Positions 29,573-38,481 of a DNA stretch of 64,000 bases are shown here, one piece after another. How positions within the stretch are numbered: position 1 is the first letter of the stretch; each line of letters starts with the position of its first letter. The notes under the pieces are model-generated. The model was not told the DNA's origin. It made no database searches and saw only the letters and a program-made list of their open reading frames with translations. A program made the position numbers and the translations under genes. The stretch comes from Cenarchaeum sp. (GTDB lineage: Archaea; Thermoproteota; Nitrososphaeria; Nitrososphaerales; Nitrosopumilaceae): contig OY843584.1 of the NCBI GenBank assembly GCA_963692915.1, forward strand, positions 640,001-704,000. The letters are read 5' to 3'.

Positions 29573-31294
29573 TTACTTTGAGCGAAGCATGTCCTGGATT
29601 TGGGCAAGTATGAGCTGCGCCTTTTCCTTGTTCTCAAATGTCTGAACCTTGTCATCGAGTATCGTGTCGATCTCGTAGCTCTTGTTGACGAGTATGTCTG
29701 CGACATGCTCATCAAGGGTCCGGTTGCCTATGAGATAGTACGCAAAGACCGTGTTCTTTTGCCCGATGCGGTGGAGGCGATCCTCGGCCTGTTGGTGGAC
29801 AGCCGGACTCCAGTCAAGCTCGGCAAAGATGACATAGCGGGCCTTGCTAAGGTTGATCCCAACATTGCCTGCGCGAAGTCCGGCGATCATGAGGTTAGAC
29901 TCGCCCCCCTGAAACGAGTCGATGTTGGCCTGACGAGCCTTGTCAGTCTGGCCTCCAATTACCGTTGTGGGCTCAAACTCGGCGAGCTTTTCGTTGAGGA
30001 GCTTGTGTATTGACTTGTGGTGGCAAAAGACCACAACGCTCTCCTCTATCTCCATGATATTTTGCACAAAATTGATGACATGTGGCATCTTTGCCAGTCC
30101 GGCCACTTGTCGCTCGCTTTGGATCGCGCGCTGGTATGACGAGTACTTGTCGAGTGTGGATTTTGAGGCGAGCTGCTCCTCCTCTAGGCGAGTCCATATT
30201 TTCCTGAGCTCTGCCCTGTAATAGTCAATGTCAGCATCAATGTACTCCTGGTATCGAACCTTGTCCTGCAGGTCCTTGAGGACATCGCCCTTTTTGCGGC
30301 GCAGCATGACGTGCTTGTGCAGCTTTTCGCGCAAGAGCCTGCGCTTGTTCTCCAGCACTAATGACTTGCCACGCTCGTTCACATAGCAAAAGTACTGGCA
30401 AAACTCCGAATAGCTTCCAAGGAGTCCGGGGCTGAGGACATCCACGATTGGCCATATCTCTGAGCCGTGGTTGAATATTGGCGTGCCGGACAGGCCAATC
30501 CTGTGCTCAAGTGACGGCATTGCGGAGATCTTTCGTATTGCCGAGTGCTTTTTGGTAGTCTTGGAGCGCATATGGTGAACCTCGTCGCACACAAGCGTCT
30601 TTAGGTTTATCTTTAAAAAGTCCGGAACACGCTTTTCAAGAAGCTCATAGTTGATAACGTAAAAGTCGCTCTTTTCAAGTATCTTGCGACGACCTCGCCT
30701 GATGAGCTTTGATGTTGGTGATGATGAGTCCACCATACGGCCATTCTTGCTCCTCTTTTTGAGAAACTTGTCAATCTCGCGCTCCCAGTTCTTGAGCGTG
30801 ACGAGCGGTGCGACTACCAGTACCGGAAACGCATTCTTTTCGGTCGCAAGGTACGCAAGTGTTTGGACCGTCTTGCCAAGACCCATCTCATCGGCAAGGA
30901 GGGCGTTGCCATTGGACTTTATCAGAAAGTCAAGACCCTCGCGCTGGAATCCCAAAAGCTTGCCGCGAAACTGCGATCCAGGATTGACCTTTGAGAGCTT
31001 TTCGATGGGTGCGCGCACCTTGGGACGAGAGACGCTGGCCTTGCCGACCCTGCGCTGCCATGCCGACTTTGAGAGCACGTCAAGCTGGCAATGGCCCATT
31101 ATCTGCTTTATGCGCTCGACATTCTCGGGCTTGTCTGGCACGATGACCTCGTCAGGTCCGTCACCATACCACGACTGTGGTATGAGCTGCGAGGCCATTC
31201 CAACGGCGCGACTGCCGGTGAGCTTCCAGCTCCATGCGTTGGAGTACTTGTCCATGACATACTCTAACTTGCCTGCGCTTGCCAACTCATGCAC
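29573..31294 (-). CDS. SNF2-related helicase/ATPase
   Basis: LLADEMGLGKT, DEVH, LSGTP, GNVGINL and QAEDRLHRIGQ motifs. Confidence 0.93.
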   Translation of the reverse strand: MHELASAGKLEYVMDKYSNAWSWKLTGSRAVGMASQLIPQSWYGDGPDEVIVPDKPENVERIKQIMGHCQLDVLSKSAWQRRVGKASVSRPKVRAPIEKLSKVNPGSQFRGKLLGFQREGLDFLIKSNGNALLADEMGLGKTVQTLAYLATEKNAFPVLVVAPLVTLKNWEREIDKFLKKRSKNGRMVDSSSPTSKLIRRGRRKILEKSDFYVINYELLEKRVPDFLKINLKTLVCDEVHHMRSKTTKKHSAIRKISAMPSLEHRIGLSGTPIFNHGSEIWPIVDVLSPGLLGSYSEFCQYFCYVNERGKSLVLENKRRLLREKLHKHVMLRRKKGDVLKDLQDKVRYQEYIDADIDYYRAELRKIWTRLEEEQLASKSTLDKYSSYQRAIQSERQVAGLAKMPHVINFVQNIMEIEESVVVFCHHKSIHKLLNEKLAEFEPTTVIGGQTDKARQANIDSFQGGESNLMIAGLRAGNVGINLSKARYVIFAELDWSPAVHQQAEDRLHRIGQKNTVFAYYLIGNRTLDEHVADILVNKSYEIDTILDDKVQTFENKEKAQLILAQIQDMLRSK

Positions 31295-31644
31295 CTGATT
31301 TGAGCCAAGATCAACTGCGTGGTTTATGAACCTTGGCGTTGGGGGCGTGATCGCAGCGGTTTCACGTGCCGAACCTAGGCGTGGCCCTCAGGGCCATGGG
31401 GGCCTGTAGAGGCGTCATGGCAATCACACGAGCAATCGTGAGTGGAGTGACTGCTGAGGCAGTCTATGCACCGATAGTGCTCACGCCTCTCGCACGCCGA
31501 GCAGATCATGGTGCCCGTGGCACGGGTGGCTTTTGTTAAGTTTTGCCCATAGGCACGCCTGCGCCGGCGAGCTCAACTATCGCTATTGTCCCATGAAATT
31601 TAATAGACAAGGGGGGTTATGACGCGAAGGCCAGAGATCCATGC

Positions 31645-32742
31645 ATGAGGGCACCCATTATGGCACTTGCCGCAGCCGTCATCCTGGCCCCCATGGCCGC
31701 CGGAGACGCCGAGGCCATCCTGTGGGATCTCCTCATCGACGCCAACGTCACAGCAGACGTGTCCTACGGCAGCAGCATGACGGTGGCAGGCACCGTGACC
31801 AACCATGCCGGCTGGCCGGTTTCAGAGGCCACCGTGACGCTCAGGGCAGGCCCACACACGGCCATGGCAATGACCGGGAGTGACGGGACGTTTGAGGCGA
31901 CAGTTGACAGGACAGACATGATACCTGGCCTGCACGCCGCACAGATGCGCGCGAGCACAGATGATGGACTTCTTGGCATGGCGAGCATACAGGTCTCTGT
32001 TGCCGGTGATGTCAGCCCATCGGCACACACTGCGCGCCTTTTGGCAGAAGAGCACGCGATGCGCTATCTGGCCGCAGACGCGTCTGACTTTGAGGATGAT
32101 CCAATTGGCGCAAAGCTGTACGAGCACTATCAAAAGCTGCAGAAACGACTGCTAACCGAGCGCGCAATCGAGGACATGGAGCAGGAGCGCAGGGAAGAGC
32201 TTGTGCGCATGCAGGCAATGGCTGACACACAGCGCGTGAAAATGCTCGAGGACGAGACGCATGGTGATGGCACGTATGAGGGGCGCGCACGCAACGTGTT
32301 TGTGGACAGCCTTGACAGGTCAGTTCGCCCCACAATCGTCTCGCAGCTCGACTATACACTAGAGGCGTACAGGGTAGGCAAGGCAGCCATGCGAACCGTG
32401 CTAGATCGTGGCGGAAGCATGGCCGAGGCCATAGAGGCGCGCAATGCGGCAGCGGCAATACCACGCCATGTCATGGAGAGGCTCTCACCAGAGGTTGGAT
32501 TTGACATAGATGACTATCCATGGGCAGCGGCCCACATGACAAACTCCACGGCCGGCCCCGTTGAGGCCGTGCCAGAGGATGACACTCCAGAGCCAGGGCC
32601 ACGCAACGCCACGAGCGCGCCTGCGGGCACGGCCGCGCAGGGAGTCGAGGTCGGGCCGGGCGTCACGACCGTGTACATGAGCGTCAACGGCGAGCTTGTC
32701 AGGCACGTCTTTAACGGCACGCACTGGACTCCCGAAGGGTAG
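31645..32742 (+). CDS. Secreted hypothetical protein with N-terminal carboxypeptidase-regulatory-like beta domain
   Basis: Signal peptide; VAGTVTNHAGWPVSEATVTL...TGSDGTF; coiled-coil middle region. Confidence 0.65.
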   Translation: MRAPIMALAAAVILAPMAAGDAEAILWDLLIDANVTADVSYGSSMTVAGTVTNHAGWPVSEATVTLRAGPHTAMAMTGSDGTFEATVDRTDMIPGLHAAQMRASTDDGLLGMASIQVSVAGDVSPSAHTARLLAEEHAMRYLAADASDFEDDPIGAKLYEHYQKLQKRLLTERAIEDMEQERREELVRMQAMADTQRVKMLEDETHGDGTYEGRARNVFVDSLDRSVRPTIVSQLDYTLEAYRVGKAAMRTVLDRGGSMAEAIEARNAAAAIPRHVMERLSPEVGFDIDDYPWAAAHMTNSTAGPVEAVPEDDTPEPGPRNATSAPAGTAAQGVEVGPGVTTVYMSVNGELVRHVFNGTHWTPEG

Positions 32743-32793
32743 GCACAGGCCATCTCAAAATCGTTATATGCCAACGTGCGGCGTGATGCGACC

Positions 32794-33843
32794 ATGCGCC
32801 TAGTGCGCTATGCGCTCATGCGGGCGCTTGCCATGGTTGGTGTCCTTGTCGTGACGCTGTTCATCACCGTCGCGCTAGTCGGCTCGGGCATGGACAGCAT
32901 ACTCGAGCGCTCCGTTGCCTTTCACATCCGCTCCGAGATTGCGGCCAATCCCGCCCTGGCCGGCTCGTTTGCCGACGCCGCCGCGCTCGAGGAGCACATA
33001 GCCGCGCGCATAGAGGAGCGTACGCGCGAGATCGGCCTGGACAGGCCATGGTGGGCACCGGATCGCATAGCGACGTCCATGTGGCGCATACTCGTGCTCG
33101 ACTTTGGTCGTGCGACCTTTTTGACCTCGGACACAGGCTCGACGGCCGTGGCAGACATACTCGGCGAGCGACTCCCAAAGACCATCCTCCTGTTCACTAG
33201 CGCAACTGCGGTCATATCGGTGATCGGCGTGGTTCATGGAGCCATGGCGAGCAGTCGCGCACGATCCGTCGCCGACCGCCTCACCTCGGCGTTTGCCGTG
33301 ATAAGCTCAAGCTTTCCGGTCTGGTGGGTGGGTCTCCTAATGATATTTGCGTTCTCGTTTATGTGGCAGGTGTTTCCCCCACGCGCAACGCCAGACGTGC
33401 CACCTGGCGATCCCGGATATGTCGCATCGCTCCTGTATCACATGGCCCTTCCCCTGGCAACGATCGTCCTGATAGGGTTTGGCGCATGGTCGTACCTTGT
33501 GCGAAACTTTATGGTGGGCATATTGCAGGAGGATCACATTGCAGCAAGGCGTGCGATCGGCGTGCGCGAGGGGAAGGTGGTCTACTCGCACGCGTTGCGC
33601 AACGCCGCGCCACCGATCCTCACGGTCATGGCACTAAGCCTGTCAGGCTCGCTTGGTGGCGCAATAATAACAGAGGCCGTCTTTGACTGGCCTGGCATGG
33701 GGCGCCTCTACTTTGAGGCCGTCACGGTAATGGACCTGCCCGTGATAATCGGCTCAACGTACGTGCTCACGGCGTTCTTTCTTGTTAGCGTGCTTGTCGC
33801 AGACCTGCTCTATATGCGCCTCGACCCGAGGACTGCGCGATGA
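32794..33843 (+). CDS. dppB: Peptide ABC transporter permease DppB/OppB
   Basis: RLPKTILL, HALRNA, GGAIITEAVFDWPGMGRL and LYMRLDPR motifs. Confidence 0.9.
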   Translation: MRLVRYALMRALAMVGVLVVTLFITVALVGSGMDSILERSVAFHIRSEIAANPALAGSFADAAALEEHIAARIEERTREIGLDRPWWAPDRIATSMWRILVLDFGRATFLTSDTGSTAVADILGERLPKTILLFTSATAVISVIGVVHGAMASSRARSVADRLTSAFAVISSSFPVWWVGLLMIFAFSFMWQVFPPRATPDVPPGDPGYVASLLYHMALPLATIVLIGFGAWSYLVRNFMVGILQEDHIAARRAIGVREGKVVYSHALRNAAPPILTVMALSLSGSLGGAIITEAVFDWPGMGRLYFEAVTVMDLPVIIGSTYVLTAFFLVSVLVADLLYMRLDPRTAR

Positions 33844-35168
33844 GCTACGGACGCATATCCATTCGCGACGAGATACTGCGCAGTCGCATGGGAGTGGCCG
33901 GAATTGCCATACTCGTCGCGCTCCTTGCGCTCTCGGTGGCCACGGTGGCCTCAGGACTCGGAGACGCGATCCGCGAGTGGAACGATCCGGCCGCCTGGCT
34001 CACGCTCCCAAAATCGGCAATGCCGGCGTGGGCAAATGTCGGGCCTGACAGACTAGCCGAGCACACAGTCGTTGAGGGCAGTGCGGCACGAGGCGGGCAG
34101 TCACATGCGACTGCGATCCACGCCTTTGAGCTCATGGCCGGCGGGCTGCCGTCTGATGTGATGTTCGAGTATGCGGCACGCTACTCGGGCTCGCCGCTCC
34201 TTGAGCTGCGCGTGCTGCGGCCCGACGGAGTCGAGCTCGGCATTGCCGCCGTCGCCCTCCCCGGCTCGGACGGCGAAGTGGTGCGCCACGGGCGCATCTT
34301 TTCGACTGACGCCTCGGTTCGCAGGATGGTGGCGATGCAGGCCGGCGGTGCAGGTGCCGAGGAGGCAATGTTTGGGGACTCGCGTGGCCAAACCCTGGCA
34401 GGCGCCTATGCCGTGGCCGCCACGATATACGGGACGGGTCACGCCCCCGAGATCGTCTCCTCGCGACTCGTCGTTAGCGGCGGCGCGTATGGCCTTATGG
34501 GAACCGACGAGATGCGCCGCGACCTCGCCGTTGGCCTCGCCTGGGGCGCCCCACTAGCGCTATTTGTTGGCGTGAGCGTCGCTGTCGCCTCGGTCATGAT
34601 CGGCCTCGCGTACGGCATGTATGCCGGATACAGGGGCGGCAGGGCCGATGAGACGATGATGAGGGCAAATGACGTCGTCTATGCGCTCCCCGCACTGCCA
34701 TTCCTAGTCATACTCGCAGTCACGCTGAGCAACAGCATATTCGTCATGGTCGCGTTTCTCGTCATGTTTGGCTGGGTTGCAGTGGCAAAGGTGTCGCGAA
34801 GCATGGCCCTGCAGGCCAGGGCGCGCGGGTACGTCGAGGCTGCCAGGATAATGGGCCAGCGCGACTCGAGGACGATACTGCGCCATGTCATGCCGCAGCT
34901 CCTGCCATACGCGCTGGCAAGCATCGCGATATCGGTTCCGGCGGCGATAACGACGGAGGCCGGACTCAGCTTTTTGGGCCTGGGGGATCCCGAGTATCCC
35001 ACATGGGGCCAGATGCTGCGCGATGCGAGCCTTCACGGTGCGGCAGCACGCGGCCTCTGGTGGTGGGTCGTGCCGCCGGGACTGATGATTGCGCTGACTG
35101 GCCTGGCGTTTGTGTTCATTGGCGGATCGCTTGATGCGGCGATAAACCCAAGGCTGCGTCGCCGCTAG
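33840..35168 (+). CDS. dppC: Peptide ABC transporter permease DppC/OppC
   Basis: MGTDEMRRD, YVEAARIMG, EAGLSFLGLG and WWWVVPPG motifs; ATGA overlap with dppB. Confidence 0.9.
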   Translation: MSYGRISIRDEILRSRMGVAGIAILVALLALSVATVASGLGDAIREWNDPAAWLTLPKSAMPAWANVGPDRLAEHTVVEGSAARGGQSHATAIHAFELMAGGLPSDVMFEYAARYSGSPLLELRVLRPDGVELGIAAVALPGSDGEVVRHGRIFSTDASVRRMVAMQAGGAGAEEAMFGDSRGQTLAGAYAVAATIYGTGHAPEIVSSRLVVSGGAYGLMGTDEMRRDLAVGLAWGAPLALFVGVSVAVASVMIGLAYGMYAGYRGGRADETMMRANDVVYALPALPFLVILAVTLSNSIFVMVAFLVMFGWVAVAKVSRSMALQARARGYVEAARIMGQRDSRTILRHVMPQLLPYALASIAISVPAAITTEAGLSFLGLGDPEYPTWGQMLRDASLHGAAARGLWWWVVPPGLMIALTGLAFVFIGGSLDAAINPRLRRR

Positions 35169-35509
35169 GATCGCTCAAAGGCGCGTATGGCCTCTAGCGT
35201 TGCGCCGCCAAGCTTTACCGTGTATGCGGCCGCAAGGTTGTTGCCGTTTTTCTCCTCGGCGTTGGCCTCGAGCTCCTCGGCAAAGGACGTCTTGTCACGT
35301 CCGCGCGAGTATTCGCCGCCGGCCTCCTTTATGCAGAGTGGAAACTTTTTGAGCGCAACATTTTGCTCGAGGAGGTGCGCGATAAACCCCTTGTACGCCG
35401 CAATGTCATACCACTCGCGCGAGCGCTCGCCGCAAAAGGCGATCCACGTGTCTATCGTGTTCTGGTATATCGCCCTGTCCCGCAACGCCTCTAGCATCAT
35501 CTGCGCCAC
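35165..35509 (-). CDS. Hypothetical protein
   Basis: 114-aa ORF with protein-like composition, co-oriented with its neighbours. Confidence 0.6.
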   Translation of the reverse strand: MAQMMLEALRDRAIYQNTIDTWIAFCGERSREWYDIAAYKGFIAHLLEQNVALKKFPLCIKEAGGEYSRGRDKTSFAEELEANAEEKNGNNLAAAYTVKLGGATLEAIRAFERS

Positions 35510-35513
35510 AGCC

Positions 35514-35837
35514 TCAAAAGTGCGCGCTAGTCGCCCGTGATCCGCAGACGGGGCACTCGCGCCCCTTGTAGACCTTGCCGCACCTCATGCAGGAGAACTG
35601 CGCAGACTCTGTCTCGCGGTTCATTCCAAAGAGGCCGCCGCCGAGGCCGGAGCGCTGCGAGCCAAGCCCCCCGCGAAGCTGGCCCATGTAGCGCCGGCGC
35701 AAAAAGAGCGGAAACGCGATGAATATGGCAAGGGCGATGCCAAGGCCGTACGGGAACGGCAGGACCATCTGCAGGCCTATCGATATTCCAAGCGACACAA
35801 AGAGGAACAGGAGGTAGTGCCTGTATGTGAATGCCAT
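35514..35837 (-). CDS. Membrane protein with C-terminal zinc ribbon
   Basis: Two TM helices; CMRC...CPVCG. Confidence 0.7.
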   Translation of the reverse strand: MAFTYRHYLLFLFVSLGISIGLQMVLPFPYGLGIALAIFIAFPLFLRRRYMGQLRGGLGSQRSGLGGGLFGMNRETESAQFSCMRCGKVYKGRECPVCGSRATSAHF

Positions 35838-35935
35838 GTCCCACGCACGAAGGGATTTTACATATAACACTTTGCCCTGCGTGCCGCATCATGGGCGAGG
35901 CATCCACCGTGGGCCCTATTGGGCTCTGGGTTCGC

Positions 35936-36118
35936 CTACCTGCGCCTGCGCCGCTGGCCGGGCTTGTTTTGACCCGGAACCCTGCTTAGCACAAAGCGCT
36001 TCTTAAAGTTGGACTTGTTTCTCACGCTGGCGTTGGTTCCGACTCGCTTTCGACCCTCAACCTTGGGGGTCTGACCGCGAACCTTGCCGGCCTTTGTGAG
36101 TGATCCGTGAGTCGCCAT
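35936..36118 (-). CDS. rps30e: 30S ribosomal protein S30e
   Basis: HGSLTKAGKVRGQTPKV signature. Confidence 0.95.
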   Translation of the reverse strand: MATHGSLTKAGKVRGQTPKVEGRKRVGTNASVRNKSNFKKRFVLSRVPGQNKPGQRRRRR

Positions 36119-36172
36119 TCTGCAGCAGCGCCAAATGGCGACAATTTAAGGATTTATGGCCCTTTCCACGTA

Positions 36173-37264
36173 TGCCTTGTACGAAAAGTAGTAGACTGGG
36201 CAGGAATGCTTGCCGGGCGCAGATCCGGGAGCCCCGGGGGCGCCCCGGGATCCGGCAGGCTGCCGAAACATACGTTTGGGGGGCTCCGCCGCCGGCGCGC
36301 CATGCCGGTCAGGAGGCTTGACGACAGGGCGCTCCGGTACGTGGCCAGGACGCTGGCGACGCGGAGCGCCGAGGAGGTGGCGCGCGAGCTGGGGATCTCC
36401 AGGGCGTGGTCGTACAGGCTTCGCGCGCACTGCCGGCGCACCGGCGCGCCGCCGGAGCCGCGGCCGATGGGAAGGCCGCGCAGGGACGTCACCGACGGCG
36501 AGGTGGCCGAGGTCCTCGGCGAGCACGCCGACCGGCCGGCCGGCGTCGTGCGCGTGGCCGAGGGGCTGCGCGGCAACAACTCAAAAATAACGTACTGGTC
36601 GGTGTACCGCATCATGCTGGCGGAGGGGCTCGTCACGAGGTCGCGGGCGAAGTCGCGCAGGCGAAAGTGGGTCAGGTTCGAGCGCGCGCACTCCGGCGCG
36701 CTGTGGCACGTGGACTGGCACATAATGAAATACGGGCCACTTGCGGGCTCGCACCTCATAGTGTTCCTCGACGACGCGTCGCGGTGCGTCACGGGCTTTG
36801 GCGTGTTCGCCGAGGCCACGTCGGAAAACTCCGTGCTTGCGCTGCGAAAGGCGATCAGGATGTTTGGCGCGCCGGCGCAGATCCTCTCGGACCACGGCAC
36901 GCAGTTCACGGCAAGCCGGCGCGGCACGCCGAGCCGCAGCTGGACGCCGACGCTCTTCGAGCGGGAGCTGCTGGACCGCGACATAGCGCACCTCATGGCG
37001 CGCGTCCGCCACCCCCAGACCAACGGCAAGGTCGAGAGGTTCTTCCAGACGCTCGAGACGGAGATCGGCCACTTTGGCGGGGTCCCCGAGTTCATCGCGT
37101 ACTACAACGAGAGGCGCCTCCACTTCGCCCTGGACATCAAGGGCGGCGAGACGCCCCTGCTGGCCTACAGGAGGCGCAGGGCCGACGGGCGGGTCCGGGC
37201 GGAGAACCCGAGGTGGATGGAGGTGGACTCGAATGAGTGAGTCTACTACTTTTCGTATAAAACA
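36173..37264 (+). mobile_element. Intact IS481-family-like insertion sequence
   Basis: 25-bp imperfect TIRs at 36173-36197 and 37240-37264 (perfect core TACGAAAAGTAGTAGACT, TG...CA ends). 15-bp direct repeat GGCCCTTTCCACGTA at 36158-36172 and 37265-37279. Confidence 0.9.
36302..37240 (+). CDS. DDE (rve integrase core) transposase, IS481 family
   Basis: N-terminal HTH (AEEVARELGISRAWSYR); LWHVD, LDDASR, ILSDHG, HPQTNGKVERFF and YNERRLH motifs. Confidence 0.92.
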   Translation: MPVRRLDDRALRYVARTLATRSAEEVARELGISRAWSYRLRAHCRRTGAPPEPRPMGRPRRDVTDGEVAEVLGEHADRPAGVVRVAEGLRGNNSKITYWSVYRIMLAEGLVTRSRAKSRRRKWVRFERAHSGALWHVDWHIMKYGPLAGSHLIVFLDDASRCVTGFGVFAEATSENSVLALRKAIRMFGAPAQILSDHGTQFTASRRGTPSRSWTPTLFERELLDRDIAHLMARVRHPQTNGKVERFFQTLETEIGHFGGVPEFIAYYNERRLHFALDIKGGETPLLAYRRRRADGRVRAENPRWMEVDSNE

Positions 37265-37279
37265 GGCCCTTTCCACGTA

Positions 37280-37623
37280 TGAGGTCAGCACCCCCGCCCC
37301 ATTTGGTCAAATAGGCGCGATCCTGATCCATTTACCGCGGTGGCGCCCGCCAGGGCATGGCTGGCCGACGGCGCGGGAACCTGGAACACGTGGTGGCGGA
37401 GCTCAGCGGCAGGCTCATGGCCGTGGAGGAGCGGGCCGGGGAGCGCGACCTGCGGATCAGGGAGATGCAGAAGAGGATTACCGGGCTGGAGGATGCCGTC
37501 GAGGCGCTGGACTGGAGGATCGCCGAGCTGGAGGCGGAGAACGACACCGTGAGGCGCACGCTGTCGTACTACCAGAACTCCAACACGCCGCCGTCGCCGG
37601 CGTCGCTGGAGCACCTCCAGTAA
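37280..37623 (+). pseudogene. IS66-family left end with truncated transposase N-terminus (37357..37623)
   Basis: Coiled coil followed by LSYYQNSNTPPS (IS66 TnpC/DUF6444-like) and then a stop. Left end TGAGGTCAGCACCC is inverted relative to 21727-21740. Confidence 0.72.
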
Positions 37624-37624
37624 G

Positions 37625-37915
37625 TACAGCAGATGCGCCAAGCCCGCCATTAATCTTTTCGTCTAGCGTTACCAGGACAGAGCTAGTCGTCGCACCGTTG
37701 CTTATCACAGCAGACAGCATCACCGGACCTGCCGTGTCCTCAGGGTGTGTTGCCCTGACCGTCGCAGCAGAGGCGGAGCGTGGCGTTCCGGTCGTGTCAG
37801 TGACAGTGTCGGGGATTGTGAGTGTCCACGTTCCTGCGCGTGCGCTAGGGCCAGGGGGAAATGTCATCACTGAGCCGGCCACCGTGGGCACGGCAGTCAC
37901 GCTAGCAGGGTCTCT
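37625..37915 (-). pseudogene. Orphan fragment of an Ig-like-repeat surface-protein gene
   Basis: Translates to AGTWTLTIPDTVTDTTGTP...DTAGPVMLSAVISNGATTSSVLVTLDEKINGGL, similar to EYTVTLPSSGLADTSGNA and DSPAPEISVALSTGDRTTVVRLDEAVSGTL in the giant genes. No signal peptide or start of its own. Confidence 0.62.
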
Positions 37916-38321
37916 CATCGACGATGCGGATCGGCGCGCCAGAGCTGCCCCAGGCGCATATGTCGCCCTCCTCGTACGGGTATGCGACGATGACTGAGAC
38001 GAGGCCAAAAAAGTTGTGCAGGTCAGGAACCGAAGGGCGCGCCGTCCCGCTAGGGTGCGAGTGGAACATGCCAACATAGCTCTTGTCAAACGGGAGAAAC
38101 GAGTGCGGAAACCCCGCAAACGTCGGGCCGCTGTGCGAGAACGGCGGCACGACGAGGCCATCGACTGCAATGCCGGCCCCCTTTGACTTTCCGCGAAGTA
38201 TGAGGATCGCCTCGTTTGGGTGCCGCATCTTGCTGTACGAGAGTATGCCGTCGCGCACGTCCCCTGATATCCAGAGCGTGCGCTCAGGCGGGGGCGACTT
38301 TGGCTTTCTAGAAAAGAACAT
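37902..38321 (-). CDS. JAMM/MPN+ (Mov34) metalloprotease
   Basis: HPNE...HSHPSGTARPSVPD (E...HxHx7SxxD). Confidence 0.9.
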   Translation of the reverse strand: MFFSRKPKSPPPERTLWISGDVRDGILSYSKMRHPNEAILILRGKSKGAGIAVDGLVVPPFSHSGPTFAGFPHSFLPFDKSYVGMFHSHPSGTARPSVPDLHNFFGLVSVIVAYPYEEGDICAWGSSGAPIRIVDERPC

Positions 38322-38481
38322 CGCCGGATCAGCGCCCTGACGCGTGCGGCACGGGCATGGCTAGCGCCACATGTCGACTTGCCATCACGAGGCGTGTGCG
38401 CGCTGACCCGTATAAGCCTGCCGAGCGGACGCGCGCTGCCCCATCAGTTGGTTTTTAAGCGCCACCACGATCCTCGCACGC

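Noticed and set aside
37478-38170. 230-aa minus ORF as a real gene
   Set aside because: Composite of an out-of-frame JAMM overlap, the surface-protein fragment and antisense IS66 sequence.
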